A DNA stretch of 45,258 nt, taken from the NCBI GenBank assembly GCA_002104905.1, contig MCFE01000686.1, forward strand, positions 1-45,258, read 5' to 3'. The position numbers were made by a program, and so were the translations under genes. Position 1 is the stretch's first letter. Every line of letters begins with the position of its first letter. The notes beneath the pieces are model-generated. The model did no database searches, had not been told where the DNA came from, and saw only the letters and a list, made by a program, of their open reading frames with translations. Below are positions 10,676-23,019 of the stretch, in pieces. The DNA comes from Basidiobolus meristosporus CBS 931.73. Lineage: Eukaryota; Fungi; Basidiobolomycota.

Positions 10676-10883
10676 TTATTTTGCAACCAACATTTTGTAG
10701 TCTACAACTATGAGAAAATGTTACATGCAATGAATCAATGAAATACCATTGAAGGAGAGGTCAATTCATCAAGTGTGCCGAGTTCTTAGTCACAAAAGCA
10801 TAACGTTGGTGAATAAAATATTGGCTTATCTAGCCAAACATAGAGTGTACTTAGTCAAGAACGTATTTAAATTCAAAAAGGTT

Positions 10884-10955
10884 TTCCCCATCGGGGAATC
10901 GAACCCCGGCCGTCTCGGTGAGAGCGAGAAATCCTAACCACTGGACCAATGAGGA
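10884..10955 (-). tRNA. tRNA-Glu(CTC)
   Basis: Copy in unit A3. Confidence 0.97.
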
Positions 10956-11249
10956 CTTGTTGATGATACTACTATATGTTTATCTCTTACTGAACTCGCC
11001 ATAGTAATAGCACTTACCTAGGCTTAGTGCAAACCGATTGCTACATTGTGAATCTGGGCGTGTGCCTCCCAGTTGGAATCTTGCATTTTAGACCATCAAT
11101 TCTATATCAAAACAGTAAGATACTCCGGAAGCAACGCAACTTAAGAGTGTATGTATTCGCATACCTCGCATACCAAGGGTTAAGAAGTGTGTAAAGTAGA
11201 TGCCCTTTGCACATTACTAAATAAGCAAATATTTGTATGTTATCGAACA

Positions 11250-11323
11250 GCTCGCATAGCTCAGTTGGTTAGAGCGTGGTGCTAATAACGCCAAGGTCGC
11301 AGGTTCGACCCCTGCTGTGAGCA
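11250..11323 (+). tRNA. tRNA-Ile(AAT)
   Basis: Copy in unit A3. Confidence 0.97.
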
Positions 11324-11496
11324 AATTTCCTTTTTCGTTTTTTCCTTGCTAACTCATTTCCCTCAAGTTATCGTCGAAATAGATACATACACAAGTGTAC
11401 TTTCACAAAGTTGTTGTTTAGTGGCTTTGTTATATTGTATGCTGATAAACACTTGGTAGAAATATACAGTTTATTCTTTATTTTATCGTAACTAAT

Positions 11497-11568
11497 TCTC
11501 AGATAGTATAGTGGTAAGTATCCCCGCCTGTCACGCGGGAGACCCGGGTTCAATTCCCGGTCTGAGAG
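11497..11568 (+). tRNA. tRNA-Asp(GTC)
   Basis: Copy in unit A3. Confidence 0.97.
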
Positions 11569-11927
11569 CTTTTTACATGCCACTCTAAGTATAGTAGTAT
11601 AGGCAGTAGCAATATTTTATTACTCGATAACCCGTTTATTTGAAAATACATAGATAATGTTTTTACAACAGTATTTCTGCCTCATATATATATATATACA
11701 TGTATGTGCCTCCGTTTGCATCTTGGCCCATAGTTATAGGATATGGATCTTTACTGGGAATCGTACCAAAGATTTCACCCACACAAAGAGCGAGTATACC
11801 GCCAAATCCTCAAGGCAATACCACCCTAACAAGATGCACAATACACTATCGGTCATTTTACAAAAGTCCTCAAGAATACACCAGTACCTAGCAATATCAC
11901 CACTACTCCAGAAAGCCTAATATAAAT

Positions 11928-12000
11928 GGGGGTCTAGCTCAGATGGTAGAGCGCTCGCTTAGCATGCGAGAGGCACTGGGATCGATACCCAGGTCCTCCA
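11928..12000 (+). tRNA. tRNA-Ala(AGC)
   Basis: Copy in unit A3. Confidence 0.97.
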
Positions 12001-12117
12001 TTTTTGCCATGTTGCAGTAAAGAATTTTAATATTTGCAGCAATGCTATTTTCCATTCGCTCAAAGCCATTCATTTATATTTATCTCGGGCATCAAAAAAC
12101 TGTTAAAGTGTGTAAAA

Positions 12118-12189
12118 AGGACGCAGGCGGATTTGAACCACCGACCTATTGATCTGCAGTCAATTGCTCTACCACTGAGCTATACGTCC
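12118..12189 (-). tRNA. tRNA-Cys(GCA)
   Basis: Copy in unit A3. Confidence 0.97.
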
Positions 12190-12313
12190 GTTACTTGGAG
12201 GGCTAATATTATACAGATTCACATATCCATGAATGCAACAATGATCTGTCAATCTCATCAATTGCCGTTTGAAAAGTAAATCGATCAAAAGCGGATCAAG
12301 GCAAAAGTATAAG

Positions 12314-12386
12314 CACCCAACGTGGGGGTCGAACCCACAACCTTGAGATTAAGAGTCTCACGCTCTACCGATTGAGCTAGCCGGGC
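12314..12386 (-). tRNA. tRNA-Lys(CTT)
   Basis: Copy in unit A3. Confidence 0.97.
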
Positions 12387-12663
12387 CACGTGGCTGTATG
12401 TGTAAAAGCTTAGTTATATTCCTTTTGTTTGCTTGAAAAGACCTGCGACCATTAATGCATAGCATAAAATCATACCACCTATATAGACATATATACTTCA
12501 TCCCAAGGGATTTTCGAATATCTACGATATTTCACTGTGTGAAACAGACACCCAGAGCATGGTACTGCATATATTAGGAGAACCTGAGGTATAGAATCAC
12601 CGCACAATTGTTGTTTTGTAATGCATAGTAACAACACAGAGTAAAAAAAATATCAAAAGAAAC

Positions 12664-12736
12664 TGCTCCCTGCCAGGATCGAACTGGCGACCTTCAGATT
12701 ATGAGACTAACGCGCTGCCAACTGCGCTAAGGAAGC
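12664..12736 (-). tRNA. tRNA-Met(CAT), elongator
   Basis: Copy in unit A3. Confidence 0.96.
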
Positions 12737-12905
12737 ATGTATACCGGGGATATCTTATATCAATATATTACAAGCTCCAGACTATTTTGCGTGATTTAAT
12801 ACCCCACGGTAGGGTAGCAATAATCATTCAGGAGGTACAACATTGTGCCAGCAAAATTCAAACAACATTAAAAATGAGCCTTTACAACGTAGTTGAATGC
12901 AAAAG

Positions 12906-12977
12906 TTCCCCATCGGGGAATCGAACCCCGGCCGTCTCGGTGAAAGCGAGAAATCCTAACCACTGGACCAATGAGGA
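12906..12977 (-). tRNA. tRNA-Glu(TTC)
   Basis: Copy in unit A3. Confidence 0.97.
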
Positions 12978-13320
12978 ATACATGAAAACATTCTAACTAC
13001 AATGCTGTGTTAATGTGTAAGTGTAATGTTGCACAGCAGTTCGATCGTTAATACATCCCTTTGCTAGGTCTATTTCGCATGATGAAAATTGCACCCTTGG
13101 CAGTACAATAAGTTATTGTGTGTGAGTGCTTAGAAGCCTCTGGTCAAGGTAAAGGCTTCTAGCATATACGGCAAGTTCTTGGGCAAGATTTGATTGCGGA
13201 TTCTGTAAAGAGAAGCAATAAGTATACATATTCTTCAACTCCTATTTAGTATTCACACATTTTCATGGTATAAATGTAATAGCGACACTCATACATTTGA
13301 GGAGTCAGCAAAAGATTAGA

Positions 13321-13392
13321 TAGCAGCGAGAGGTTTCGATCCTCCGACCTCGGGGTTATGAGCCCCGCGCGCTTCCTCTGCGCTACGCTGCT
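13321..13392 (-). tRNA. tRNA-iMet(CAT), initiator
   Basis: Copy in unit A3. Confidence 0.97.
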
Positions 13393-13633
13393 TTGTTGAA
13401 TATCTAAGACAAAGACGCCCCTTTGACCCTTTGGTAGGACTGTATTACAATCTGATATTTTGACTGTGCCCATGCACGCATACCTCCAGTTTAAATAGTA
13501 TACAAACTGTAACCATTCAAAAGGGTATGATTCACACCTCTGAAATGGCTCTTCCTACACAATCCTATAAAACACATGTCAAGCAACAAAAGACTCTTGA
13601 TGCCGACCAGTAATCAGTACAAAAAGAGAAAGC

Positions 13634-13707
13634 CACCCCCGGTGGGACTCGAACCCACAATCCTCAGATTAGAAGTCTGATGCCTTATCCAATTAGGCCA
13701 CGGGGGC
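13634..13707 (-). tRNA. tRNA-Arg(TCT)
   Basis: Copy in unit A3. Confidence 0.97.
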
Positions 13708-13866
13708 ATTTCGTTCTTGTTCCCTTTGTTTTGCGTATAGATGTAAACTAAATGAAGTACTATCCGGTGATTCCCTTGTGACTCTAGTGACTGTATTCTT
13801 ATGACCGTCCAAATTTCTGCCAAACCTTAGCCAATTTTAAGTAACATTGGCTAAAAAAATAAAAAT

Positions 13867-13939
13867 TGCCGTCTCTGCGGATCGAACGCAGGACCTTCAG
13901 AACTTCAGTCTGACGCTCTCCCAACTGAGCTAAGACGGC
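13867..13939 (-). tRNA. tRNA-Phe(GAA)
   Basis: Copy in unit A3. Confidence 0.97.
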
Positions 13940-14177
13940 TATACATTTGCTTGAATATTGAGTATGAATTAGTTGGCTAATAGTGTAAGATAGTGTCATC
14001 ACTACCTTGGGCAAGCCCTGTTTGCCTTAGTATCTGCAATACATCCCGTAGTCATGGCATACTCTGGATAATAGTTATTTTAATGAATCGCAGTAACCCG
14101 TATGGATTTTGTACTACTTAGCCCCTTTGTAACTACTAAGGAGATATATCTGATCAAGATTTGGTTGCAAGCGTATT

Positions 14178-14251
14178 GCTCTTGTGGCGCAATTGGCTAG
14201 CGCGTCTGACTGTTAATCAGGAGGTTGGTGGTTCAAGCCCACCCAGGAGCG
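14178..14251 (+). tRNA. tRNA-Asn(GTT)
   Basis: Copy in unit A3. Confidence 0.97.
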
Positions 14252-14472
14252 ATTACCTTTTGCTTGAAGCTTTAGCACTCCCTTTTTTGCCATTCGGCTG
14301 GAAACGGGTTAGGAGTCTGGGGTATATTTGTATGTGCCACACACATGTTACTGTCAACTATCTATTTTAATGAATGTACTTGAATACTGAAGCGAAGAGC
14401 TGCACCGCCATTATCCAAGGAGTAAAACTCAAAACTTCTCAGCCAACTAATGTAGCTGGGACAAAACAAGAC

Positions 14473-14558
14473 TCCGAACACCCGGATTTGAACCAGGGAC
14501 CTAAAGATTGCTATGGTAACACTACAGTCTTCCGCTCTACCAACTGAGCTATGTTCGG
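14473..14558 (-). tRNA. tRNA-Tyr(GTA), 13-nt intron
   Basis: Copy in unit A3. Confidence 0.95.
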
Positions 14559-14658
14559 GAGTTCACGGGAGTGGGAACCAATATCAATGATAGACTAGAT
14601 GTTTCAAATAATTGCAGCATTCCCATACATTCCTTTATAACATCTGGAACGTGAAAAT

Positions 14659-14741
14659 GGAGAGATGGCCGAGTTGGTCTAAGGCGTCACGTTAAGGCCG
14701 TGATCTCTTCGGAGGCGTGGGTTCGAATCCCACTCTCTTCA
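14659..14741 (+). tRNA. tRNA-Leu(AAG)
   Basis: Copy in unit A3. Confidence 0.96.
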
Positions 14742-14992
14742 TTAGTTTTTGCGCTCTTCTTTTTCCCGGTATTTCTCTTGACCTTTGGGATGTACACCAC
14801 CGGTGATCAGGTAGAGCAACAATTTTATGACATGGCCACTTCACTATATGGATAGCCACTATGATTATGCTCAGTTTAGGCATTGATATGATTGATTTGC
14901 CCGCACAGCATTGATGGATATCTTGGCAAATCCCCACGCATACAAAAAAAACCAGCAGCAGCACCTACATTCAAGTAGAGCCGTTGGCAAAA

Positions 14993-15065
14993 TGCCTTCT
15001 GCCGGAATTGAACCAGCGACCTTCTGCTTACTAGGCAGACGCTCTGCCAACTGAGCCAAGAAGGC
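14993..15065 (-). tRNA. tRNA-Thr(AGT)
   Basis: Copy in unit A3. Confidence 0.97.
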
Positions 15066-15632
15066 AATATGTCTGAGCGCACTAGATGGGCTCTATGAGG
15101 AAAATACCTAAGCAAGAGTCTTATTCTATAAAGCTATTTGGGGTGATAAACTGATGTAGCACCAGAGCCATGATGTCAGAAGGTAGGGCGGCATGATTGT
15201 GCGCAACAACGATAGGTTCGAATTGCAGTTGGACATACCCTACGGAGTGGCTAACCAGATGATAAACCGTAAGGCGGTTATGCCAAAAGTTTTGGCAGCC
15301 AGCAGTGTTGTTTTGAGGGGCAGTTTAGCCTTGATATTTTGCATTGATTAACTAACCCTAATCAAAGGAGGAAACATGCACATTCCTGGAGCTTCGGGTA
15401 TATGACTCGGCCATCCAAGTCCTTTTTCTGTTTTGTCAGCTTTATGGTGAGTAAGGTAAGAAGCAACACCTGCGTCCAAGCAGGCACATAACTCCTACTC
15501 TTGCCATTCCCAGCAAAACAGCAACGATACAGTAAGCCAGATGCAGCTAGCCAACAAAAGAATGAAACGTATTATCTCATACGTCAAAGTATTGCTCAAA
15601 GAAAGGAAATCGCAAAGACACCTACAGCAAAA

Positions 15633-15703
15633 TGCATACTCGGGGAATCGAACCCCGGTCTACCGCGTGGCAGGCGGTAATTATACCACTAAACCAAGTA
15701 TGC
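15633..15703 (-). tRNA. tRNA-Gly(GCC)
   Basis: Copy in unit A3. Confidence 0.97.
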
Positions 15704-15829
15704 AATTACAATAGGGGGGCGGAAAGGTAGTTCATGATAACATTCAGGGGAAGCAGTGCGCAACTTTGGATGTCACCACCAAAGGCTAAAGAGATTCATA
15801 GTCTACCAGCTGGCAAGTATATGCTATAA

Positions 15830-15902
15830 GGGCGTATGGCCAAATGGATAAGGCGCCTGACTACGGATCAGGAGATTCCAGGTTCGATCCCTGGTATGCT
15901 CG
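15830..15902 (+). tRNA. tRNA-Arg(ACG)
   Basis: Copy in partial unit A4. Confidence 0.97.
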
Positions 15903-16110
15903 TTATTTTGCAACCAACATTTTGTAGTCTACAACTATGAGAAAATGTTACATGCAATGAATCAATGAAATACCATTGAAGGAGAGGTCAATTCATCAAG
16001 TGTGCCGAGTTCTTAGTCACAAAAGCATAACGTTGGTGAATAAAATATTGGCTTATCTAGCCAAACATAGAGTGTACTTAGTCAAGAACGTATTTAAATT
16101 CAAAAAGGTT

Positions 16111-16182
16111 TTCCCCATCGGGGAATCGAACCCCGGCCGTCTCGGTGAGAGCGAGAAATCCTAACCACTGGACCAATGAGGA
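16111..16182 (-). tRNA. tRNA-Glu(CTC)
   Basis: Copy in partial unit A4; LTR begins 11 bp upstream of its 5' end. Confidence 0.97.
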
Positions 16183-16193
16183 CTTGTTGATGA

Positions 16194-16503
16194 TGTTATG
16201 AATCGAGGGCAAGCGGAGGAGGACCGGAGGATGTCCAATACGAATCAGAGAGGTTATCTGAATAGTTGATGAACCGGTAAAAGGTTGATGCTTTATTGAT
16301 AGTGTTCAAAGGAGTTTATATAGAGATAGCCTCGGAGGGAGAGCTTCCGATAACGTAGGGCAAGCTTCCAAAAGGAGGGTTCAAGATGTATTAAATAACG
16401 TGTGTATCACTGAGTGCGATTGATCGTCTGTGTGGAATTCCAGGTGTTCGATCAGTAGTGTTCAAGTGATCGGTAGTGACTAGTTAGGATTTAAATCATA
16501 ACA
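16194..16503 (-). repeat. 3' LTR (310 bp, TGTTATGA...TCATAACA)
   Basis: Matches other LTRs; 8-bp terminal inverted repeat. Confidence 0.97.
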
Positions 16504-16514
16504 TACTCCCACAC

Positions 16515-19031
16515 TTAAAGAGGTTCTTCTCCTGAAGAGTCCTGTCTATCGGACTTGTAATACCAGTATTTGGTTGGTGGTGTCATTGGGTTTTTTAGCT
16601 GTGCTTCCTTTAGTCGGTCTCTATGCACTAGGTCCTCCTTTACTTTACCTGACATGTCTGCGAGTTGAAATGTATTGAAGGGCATTTCTCTTGTGATAAT
16701 AAAGGGTCCAACCCAATGTGGTTCTAGTTTTAGCCTACTTTCATTTCGGACTAATACAAGTTTTCCCAAAGTTAAGGGTTTTGTTACCACTGTTTTGTTG
16801 TACTGTTCTTTCATCTTCTCTGCTTGTCGTTTTAAATTCTTGATGGCATCATGTCTTGCATGTCCTAATTCTTCCAGTTCCCTTGTTCTGAATTCTGCCA
16901 AGTCTTTTTGGTTCTTTAAGTCCCAGATGTATGGTGGTAAGGTATCACCTGGGATTCTTGGATGTGTACCATACACTAGGTAGAAGGGGGACTTTTGTGT
17001 TGCTGAATGGACTCTAATACGACAGGCAAAGAGTGCTTGATGTACAAATTCATCCCACTTATGTTTGGCTCCTTTGACATAAGTAGTCAGCATCTTCCCA
17101 AAGAGTCCATTGAACCTCTCTGTGACCCCATTTGTTCTAGGGTGGTATGCTGATGTCTTCAAATGTCTAACCCCCATTATCTGAAGGTATTCTTTCAAGG
17201 TTTGTTCCAAAAAGTTTGCTCCTCTGTCAGACAGAATTTCACCTGGGCATCCAAACTGCATAAAGATTTCCAGGTAAAGGAATTTTGCAACATTTTTTGC
17301 AGTAGCTGCTGGCATGGCTTTTGCTATACACCACTTAGTGGTATGGTCAATTGCAGTTATGATCCACTTGTTCCCTCTTGAAGTTTCAGGCAATATTCCA
17401 ATGAAGTCAATTCCCCATCTGTAGAATGCTGGAACTGGAGTCAGTGGTTCTAATGGGGCATGTTCCTTGTTGTATGGTCTAGCCAGCTGGCACTCAGGGC
17501 AGGTCTTGAGGGTCTCAGCTATAAATTGTTTGAGTTTAGGCCACCAGGCTCTCCTTTTAGTTATTTCATAAGTTCCTTGGATGCCCAGATGTCCAAAGGC
17601 TTTATGATTCTTGATTATCATGTCACCTCTGTATACAAATGGAATATATGGTACAGGCCCTATTTCTTCCATGTGTCTGTAAAGTACCTCGTCTTCACCA
17701 TATGAGAAATTCTCTGCTTCTTTCTTAATCTTGACCCTTACTTCCTGTGATAAATCTTCTGGCATTGTCTGACTTGCCAAGTACTCTGGCATGTATTCTG
17801 GCCAGTCCAACTCATGATCTACCATTGATATATGTTGCCTTGAGAGTGCATCAGCAACTGTATTCTTTGGCCCAGGGAGGTAGTGGATTTTAAAATCAAA
17901 TTGTTGTAGTTCTTCAATCCATCTAGTTATTCTTCTGGATAATAGCTTCTGGGTGTGAATGTATCTTAGGGATGCATGATCTGTATATACCACAAAGTGT
18001 TTGCCCTCCAAGTAGCATCTCCACACTCTCAGACAATGTAGTATGGCATAGAGTTCTTTTTCATGGACTGGGTAGTTTTGTTCAGTTACTGATAGCTTTT
18101 TGGACTCATAAGCAACCGGGTGTTCTTTTTGAGTCAGTACCCCTCCAACAGCTAGATCTGAAGCATCAGTGTATACACAGAAAGGTTCTGAGAAATCAGG
18201 CAACTGAAGCACAGGGGTTTGGCATAGCTTTTCTTTCAGAGTTAGGAAAGCTGTCTCACAGTTTGGGGTCCATATATAGTCTTTCTCTTTTTTGGTCAAG
18301 TCTGTAAGGGGGGCTGCAATAGTTGCAAAGTCCCTGATGAATCTTCTGTAATATGATGCAAGTCCCAGGAAGGATCTCATTTCAGTGAGTGACTTTGGGG
18401 CTTCCCATTTCTGGATAGCATCTATCTTGGCTGGATCCATGTGTAGTCCTTTATCTGAGATTATGTGACCAAGGTATTCAACTGATCTGGTGAGGAATTC
18501 ACACTTAGGAAGTTGTGCATATAGCTTGTGCTTTTTTAGTATAGCCAGTACTGTCTTCAAGTGCTTCATGTGGTCATCCATGCTGGTACTATAGATCAGA
18601 ATGTCATCTAAGTAGACCAGGACAAATTTCTCTAAATATGGTTCCAGGATGCTATTCATGAGTGTCTGAAATGTTGCTGGGGCATTAGTCAGGCCAAAGC
18701 TCATCACAACAAACTCATAATGACCATATCTTGTGTTGAATGCTGTCTTAGAGGTGTCTTCAGGCTTAATTCTGATTTGGTGATATCCAGATGCCAGGTC
18801 TATTTTAGAGAATATCTTTGCCTTCCCCAGTTGGTCAAAGAGGGCATCAATTCTTGGTAATGGGTAGGAATTTCTGACAGTGATTGCATTTAGGGCCCTG
18901 TAGTCCACACAGAACCGTAGCTTCCCATCCTTCTTTGGAGCAAAGAGTACTGGAGCTCCCCATGGTGATTTACTGGGTTTTATCCAGCCTTTAGCCAGGT
19001 AGTCCTTCAATGTTTCCTTCAAAGTCTCCAT
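16515..19031 (-). CDS. pol: Truncated Pol (RT, RNase H, integrase), 838 aa
   Basis: YLDD, DAS/TDH, HHCC, D,D(35)E, GPF motifs; same as C-terminal 838 aa of the 1449-aa ORF; homology continues to ~19183 with 3 single-base deletions. Confidence 0.93.
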   Translation of the reverse strand: METLKETLKDYLAKGWIKPSKSPWGAPVLFAPKKDGKLRFCVDYRALNAITVRNSYPLPRIDALFDQLGKAKIFSKIDLASGYHQIRIKPEDTSKTAFNTRYGHYEFVVMSFGLTNAPATFQTLMNSILEPYLEKFVLVYLDDILIYSTSMDDHMKHLKTVLAILKKHKLYAQLPKCEFLTRSVEYLGHIISDKGLHMDPAKIDAIQKWEAPKSLTEMRSFLGLASYYRRFIRDFATIAAPLTDLTKKEKDYIWTPNCETAFLTLKEKLCQTPVLQLPDFSEPFCVYTDASDLAVGGVLTQKEHPVAYESKKLSVTEQNYPVHEKELYAILHCLRVWRCYLEGKHFVVYTDHASLRYIHTQKLLSRRITRWIEELQQFDFKIHYLPGPKNTVADALSRQHISMVDHELDWPEYMPEYLASQTMPEDLSQEVRVKIKKEAENFSYGEDEVLYRHMEEIGPVPYIPFVYRGDMIIKNHKAFGHLGIQGTYEITKRRAWWPKLKQFIAETLKTCPECQLARPYNKEHAPLEPLTPVPAFYRWGIDFIGILPETSRGNKWIITAIDHTTKWCIAKAMPAATAKNVAKFLYLEIFMQFGCPGEILSDRGANFLEQTLKEYLQIMGVRHLKTSAYHPRTNGVTERFNGLFGKMLTTYVKGAKHKWDEFVHQALFACRIRVHSATQKSPFYLVYGTHPRIPGDTLPPYIWDLKNQKDLAEFRTRELEELGHARHDAIKNLKRQAEKMKEQYNKTVVTKPLTLGKLVLVRNESRLKLEPHWVGPFIITREMPFNTFQLADMSGKVKEDLVHRDRLKEAQLKNPMTPPTKYWYYKSDRQDSSGEEPL

Positions 19032-19348
19032 TTCCTTTGGGGAGAACTTATATGGGGCTCTGTTTCTTGGTTTATCATCTGTTACTTCTATGGCATGGTC
19101 AATCTCTCTGCTTGGGGTAGTGCAGGGATTCCTTGGGAAAAACCTCTTGAAACTCTGCTAACAAGGTCTGAGCCTGTCATTTGACACAGAAGTGACAAAT
19201 GACAGGCTCAAGACCTTGTTAGCAGAGTTTCAAGAGGTTTTTCCCAAGGAAATCCCTGCACTACCCCCAAGCAGAGAGATTGACCATGCCATAGAAGTAA
19301 CAGATGATAAACCAAGAAACAGAGCCCATATAAGTTCTCCCAAAGGAA

Positions 19349-21865
19349 ATGGAGACTTTGAAGGAAACATTGAAGGACTACCTGGCTAAAGGCTGGATAA
19401 AACCCAGTAAATCACCATGGGGAGCTCCAGTACTCTTTGCTCCAAAGAAGGATGGGAAGCTACGGTTCTGTGTGGACTACAGGGCCCTAAATGCAATCAC
19501 TGTCAGAAATTCCTACCCATTACCAAGAATTGATGCCCTCTTTGACCAACTGGGGAAGGCAAAGATATTCTCTAAAATAGACCTGGCATCTGGATATCAC
19601 CAAATCAGAATTAAGCCTGAAGACACCTCTAAGACAGCATTCAACACAAGATATGGTCATTATGAGTTTGTTGTGATGAGCTTTGGCCTGACTAATGCCC
19701 CAGCAACATTTCAGACACTCATGAATAGCATCCTGGAACCATATTTAGAGAAATTTGTCCTGGTCTACTTAGATGACATTCTGATCTATAGTACCAGCAT
19801 GGATGACCACATGAAGCACTTGAAGACAGTACTGGCTATACTAAAAAAGCACAAGCTATATGCACAACTTCCTAAGTGTGAATTCCTCACCAGATCAGTT
19901 GAATACCTTGGTCACATAATCTCAGATAAAGGACTACACATGGATCCAGCCAAGATAGATGCTATCCAGAAATGGGAAGCCCCAAAGTCACTCACTGAAA
20001 TGAGATCCTTCCTGGGACTTGCATCATATTACAGAAGATTCATCAGGGACTTTGCAACTATTGCAGCCCCCCTTACAGACTTGACCAAAAAAGAGAAAGA
20101 CTATATATGGACCCCAAACTGTGAGACAGCTTTCCTAACTCTGAAAGAAAAGCTATGCCAAACCCCTGTGCTTCAGTTGCCTGATTTCTCAGAACCTTTC
20201 TGTGTATACACTGATGCTTCAGATCTAGCTGTTGGAGGGGTACTGACTCAAAAAGAACACCCGGTTGCTTATGAGTCCAAAAAGCTATCAGTAACTGAAC
20301 AAAACTACCCAGTCCATGAAAAAGAACTCTATGCCATACTACATTGTCTGAGAGTGTGGAGATGCTACTTGGAGGGCAAACACTTTGTGGTATATACAGA
20401 TCATGCATCCCTAAGATACATTCACACCCAGAAGCTATTATCCAGAAGAATAACTAGATGGATTGAAGAACTACAACAATTTGATTTTAAAATCCACTAC
20501 CTCCCTGGGCCAAAGAATACAGTTGCTGATGCACTCTCAAGGCAACATATATCAATGGTAGATCATGAGTTGGACTGGCCAGAATACATGCCAGAGTACT
20601 TGGCAAGTCAGACAATGCCAGAAGATTTATCACAGGAAGTAAGGGTCAAGATTAAGAAAGAAGCAGAGAATTTCTCATATGGTGAAGACGAGGTACTTTA
20701 CAGACACATGGAAGAAATAGGGCCTGTACCATATATTCCATTTGTATACAGAGGTGACATGATAATCAAGAATCATAAAGCCTTTGGACATCTGGGCATC
20801 CAAGGAACTTATGAAATAACTAAAAGGAGAGCCTGGTGGCCTAAACTCAAACAATTTATAGCTGAGACCCTCAAGACCTGCCCTGAGTGCCAGCTGGCTA
20901 GACCATACAACAAGGAACATGCCCCATTAGAACCACTGACTCCAGTTCCAGCATTCTACAGATGGGGAATTGACTTCATTGGAATCTTGCCTGAAACTTC
21001 AAGAGGGAACAAGTGGATCATAACTGCAATTGACCATACCACTAAGTGGTGTATAGCAAAAGCCATGCCAGCAGCTACTGCAAAAAATGTTGCAAAATTC
21101 CTTTACCTGGAAATCTTTATGCAGTTTGGATGCCCAGGTGAAATTCTGTCTGACAGAGGAGCAAACTTTTTGGAACAAACCTTGAAAGAATACCTTCAGA
21201 TAATGGGGGTTAGACATTTGAAGACATCAGCATACCACCCTAGAACAAATGGGGTTACAGAGAGGTTCAATGGACTCTTTGGGAAGATGCTGACTACTTA
21301 TGTCAAAGGAGCCAAACATAAGTGGGATGAATTTGTACATCAAGCACTCTTTGCCTGTCGTATTAGAGTCCATTCAGCAACACAAAAGTCCCCCTTCTAC
21401 CTAGTGTATGGTACACATCCAAGAATCCCAGGTGATACCTTACCACCATACATCTGGGACTTAAAGAACCAAAAAGACTTGGCAGAATTCAGAACAAGGG
21501 AACTGGAAGAATTAGGACATGCAAGACATGATGCCATCAAGAATTTAAAACGACAAGCAGAGAAGATGAAAGAACAGTACAACAAAACAGTGGTAACAAA
21601 ACCCTTAACTTTGGGAAAACTTGTATTAGTCCGAAATGAAAGTAGGCTAAAACTAGAACCACATTGGGTTGGACCCTTTATTATCACAAGAGAAATGCCC
21701 TTCAATACATTTCAACTCGCAGACATGTCAGGTAAAGTAAAGGAGGACCTCGTACATAGAGACCGACTAAAGGAAGCACAGCTAAAAAATCCAATGACAC
21801 CACCAACCAAATACTGGTATTACAAGTCCGATAGACAGGACTCTTCAGGAGAAGAACCTCTTTAA
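19349..21865 (+). CDS. pol: Truncated Pol (RT, RNase H, integrase), 838 aa
   Basis: Same protein as left arm; synonymous differences at 20986, 21751, 21754. Confidence 0.93.
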   Translation: METLKETLKDYLAKGWIKPSKSPWGAPVLFAPKKDGKLRFCVDYRALNAITVRNSYPLPRIDALFDQLGKAKIFSKIDLASGYHQIRIKPEDTSKTAFNTRYGHYEFVVMSFGLTNAPATFQTLMNSILEPYLEKFVLVYLDDILIYSTSMDDHMKHLKTVLAILKKHKLYAQLPKCEFLTRSVEYLGHIISDKGLHMDPAKIDAIQKWEAPKSLTEMRSFLGLASYYRRFIRDFATIAAPLTDLTKKEKDYIWTPNCETAFLTLKEKLCQTPVLQLPDFSEPFCVYTDASDLAVGGVLTQKEHPVAYESKKLSVTEQNYPVHEKELYAILHCLRVWRCYLEGKHFVVYTDHASLRYIHTQKLLSRRITRWIEELQQFDFKIHYLPGPKNTVADALSRQHISMVDHELDWPEYMPEYLASQTMPEDLSQEVRVKIKKEAENFSYGEDEVLYRHMEEIGPVPYIPFVYRGDMIIKNHKAFGHLGIQGTYEITKRRAWWPKLKQFIAETLKTCPECQLARPYNKEHAPLEPLTPVPAFYRWGIDFIGILPETSRGNKWIITAIDHTTKWCIAKAMPAATAKNVAKFLYLEIFMQFGCPGEILSDRGANFLEQTLKEYLQIMGVRHLKTSAYHPRTNGVTERFNGLFGKMLTTYVKGAKHKWDEFVHQALFACRIRVHSATQKSPFYLVYGTHPRIPGDTLPPYIWDLKNQKDLAEFRTRELEELGHARHDAIKNLKRQAEKMKEQYNKTVVTKPLTLGKLVLVRNESRLKLEPHWVGPFIITREMPFNTFQLADMSGKVKEDLVHRDRLKEAQLKNPMTPPTKYWYYKSDRQDSSGEEPL

Positions 21866-21876
21866 GTGTGGGAGTA

Positions 21877-22186
21877 TGTTATGATTTAAATCCTAACTAG
21901 TCACTACCGATCACTTGAACACTACTGATCGAACACCTGGAATTGCACACAGACAATCAATCGCACTCAGTGATACACACGTTATTTAATACATCTTGAA
22001 CCCTCCTTTTGGAAGCTTGCCCTATGTTATCGGAAGCTCTCCCTCCGAGGCTATCTCTATATAAACGCCTTTGAGCACTATCAATAAAGCATCAACCTTT
22101 TACCGGTTCATCAACTATTCAGATAACCTCTCTGATTCGTATTGGACATCCTCCGGTCCTCCTCCGCTTGCCCTCGATTCATAACA
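21877..22186 (+). repeat. 3' LTR (310 bp), variant
   Basis: Substitutions at 21945, 21955, 22025, 22067, 22075. Confidence 0.96.
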
Positions 22187-22698
22187 CATGTATGCTAATT
22201 GTTGTGAATGTTCATCTTTATTGTTTGACGATGTCCATAGGATAGCTTCACAGCGGCAATAACCACAAAATAGCTGAATCCTTTGGGCAATATCATATGC
22301 ATACTATAGAATAATTAGGGGATATGCCTCTCTGTTCTTCTGGTTTAATCTCAAGGGAAAGGCTATTTAGGATAAGATTTACACTCTGATGGCAAAAACC
22401 AACGCCATTGCTGACTCCAACCAAGTACATGTATTGGCGGTTTGTACTTTGTTACCGTGTAGACGGAGTTGTTTTGTTAAGATATTGAGCTCCGGATTAT
22501 GACTTATCATGGTAGGTTCGGGAGGGGGAAACGGCTATCTTTTGGGTTAGTGCTCCTGAGAGTGACAAATCGCATCCATTATTTGTTTACTCTGGGAGTA
22601 TTTATAAATGTGAGGATTTGTGGTGCCATTATTCATATTCCAGAATTACTTTCAGTGGACGGTTTAGCGATTAGGAAGCTCTTAACTTTCTGGCCTTT

Positions 22699-23008
22699 TG
22701 TTATGAATCGAGGGCAAGCGGAGGAGGACCGGAGGATGTCCAATACGAATCAGAGAGGTTATCTGAATAGTTGATGAACCGGTAAAAGGTTGATGCTTTA
22801 TTGATAGTGTTCAAAGGAGTTTATATAGAGATAGCCTCGGAGGGAGAGCTTCCGATAACGTAGGGCAAGCTTCCAAAAGGAGGGTTCAAGATGTATTAAA
22901 TAACGTGTGTATCACTGAGTGCGATTGATCGTCTGTGTGGAATTCCAGGTGTTCGATCAGTAGTGTTCAAGTGATCGGTAGTGACTAGTTAGGATTTAAA
23001 TCATAACA
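22699..23008 (-). repeat. 3' LTR of E3
   Basis: 310 bp, next to PPT GTGTGGGAGTA (23009-23019). Confidence 0.97.
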
Positions 23009-23019
23009 TACTCCCACAC

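Larger units (their letters stand above)
138..16193. repeat. Tandem tRNA gene array A, 5227-bp unit, 3 full copies plus partial fourth
   Basis: ORF track and tRNA genes recur at exactly +5227 (295, 5522, 10749, 15976); no differences seen by eye. Confidence 0.98.
16194..19183 (-). mobile_element. Ty3/gypsy copy E2a, 3' half only (3' LTR plus RT-RH-IN); left arm of palindrome
   Basis: LTR 16194-16503, PPT 16504-16514, pol to ~19183; no gag or 5' LTR. Confidence 0.95.
16194..22186. repeat. ~6-kb near-perfect inverted repeat (head-to-head pol halves), 12-nt loop at 19184-19195
   Basis: Mirror coordinates 16515+21865 = 19031+19349 = 38380; stem CCTGTCATTTG/CAAATGACAGG flanks the loop. Confidence 0.95.
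19184..22186 (+). mobile_element. Ty3/gypsy copy E2b, 3' half only; right arm of palindrome, diverged variant
   Basis: pol, PPT 21866-21876, LTR 21877-22186 with 5 substitutions vs other LTRs. Confidence 0.95.

Noticed and set aside
295-16164. 60-90 aa ORFs in the arrays (and those at 28581-30800, 37877-40917)
   Set aside because: They cross tRNA genes, many start at TTG/GTG/CTG, show no motifs, and recur only because the units repeat
16675-18307. Antisense ORFs (72-111 aa) inside pol in each copy
   Set aside because: Shadow frames of a long coding sequence; no env-like or other recognisable product
16194-22186. Palindrome as a DIRS-like or inverted-LTR element
   Set aside because: No tyrosine recombinase, gag or PBS; both arms are 3' halves of the ordinary Ty3/gypsy element
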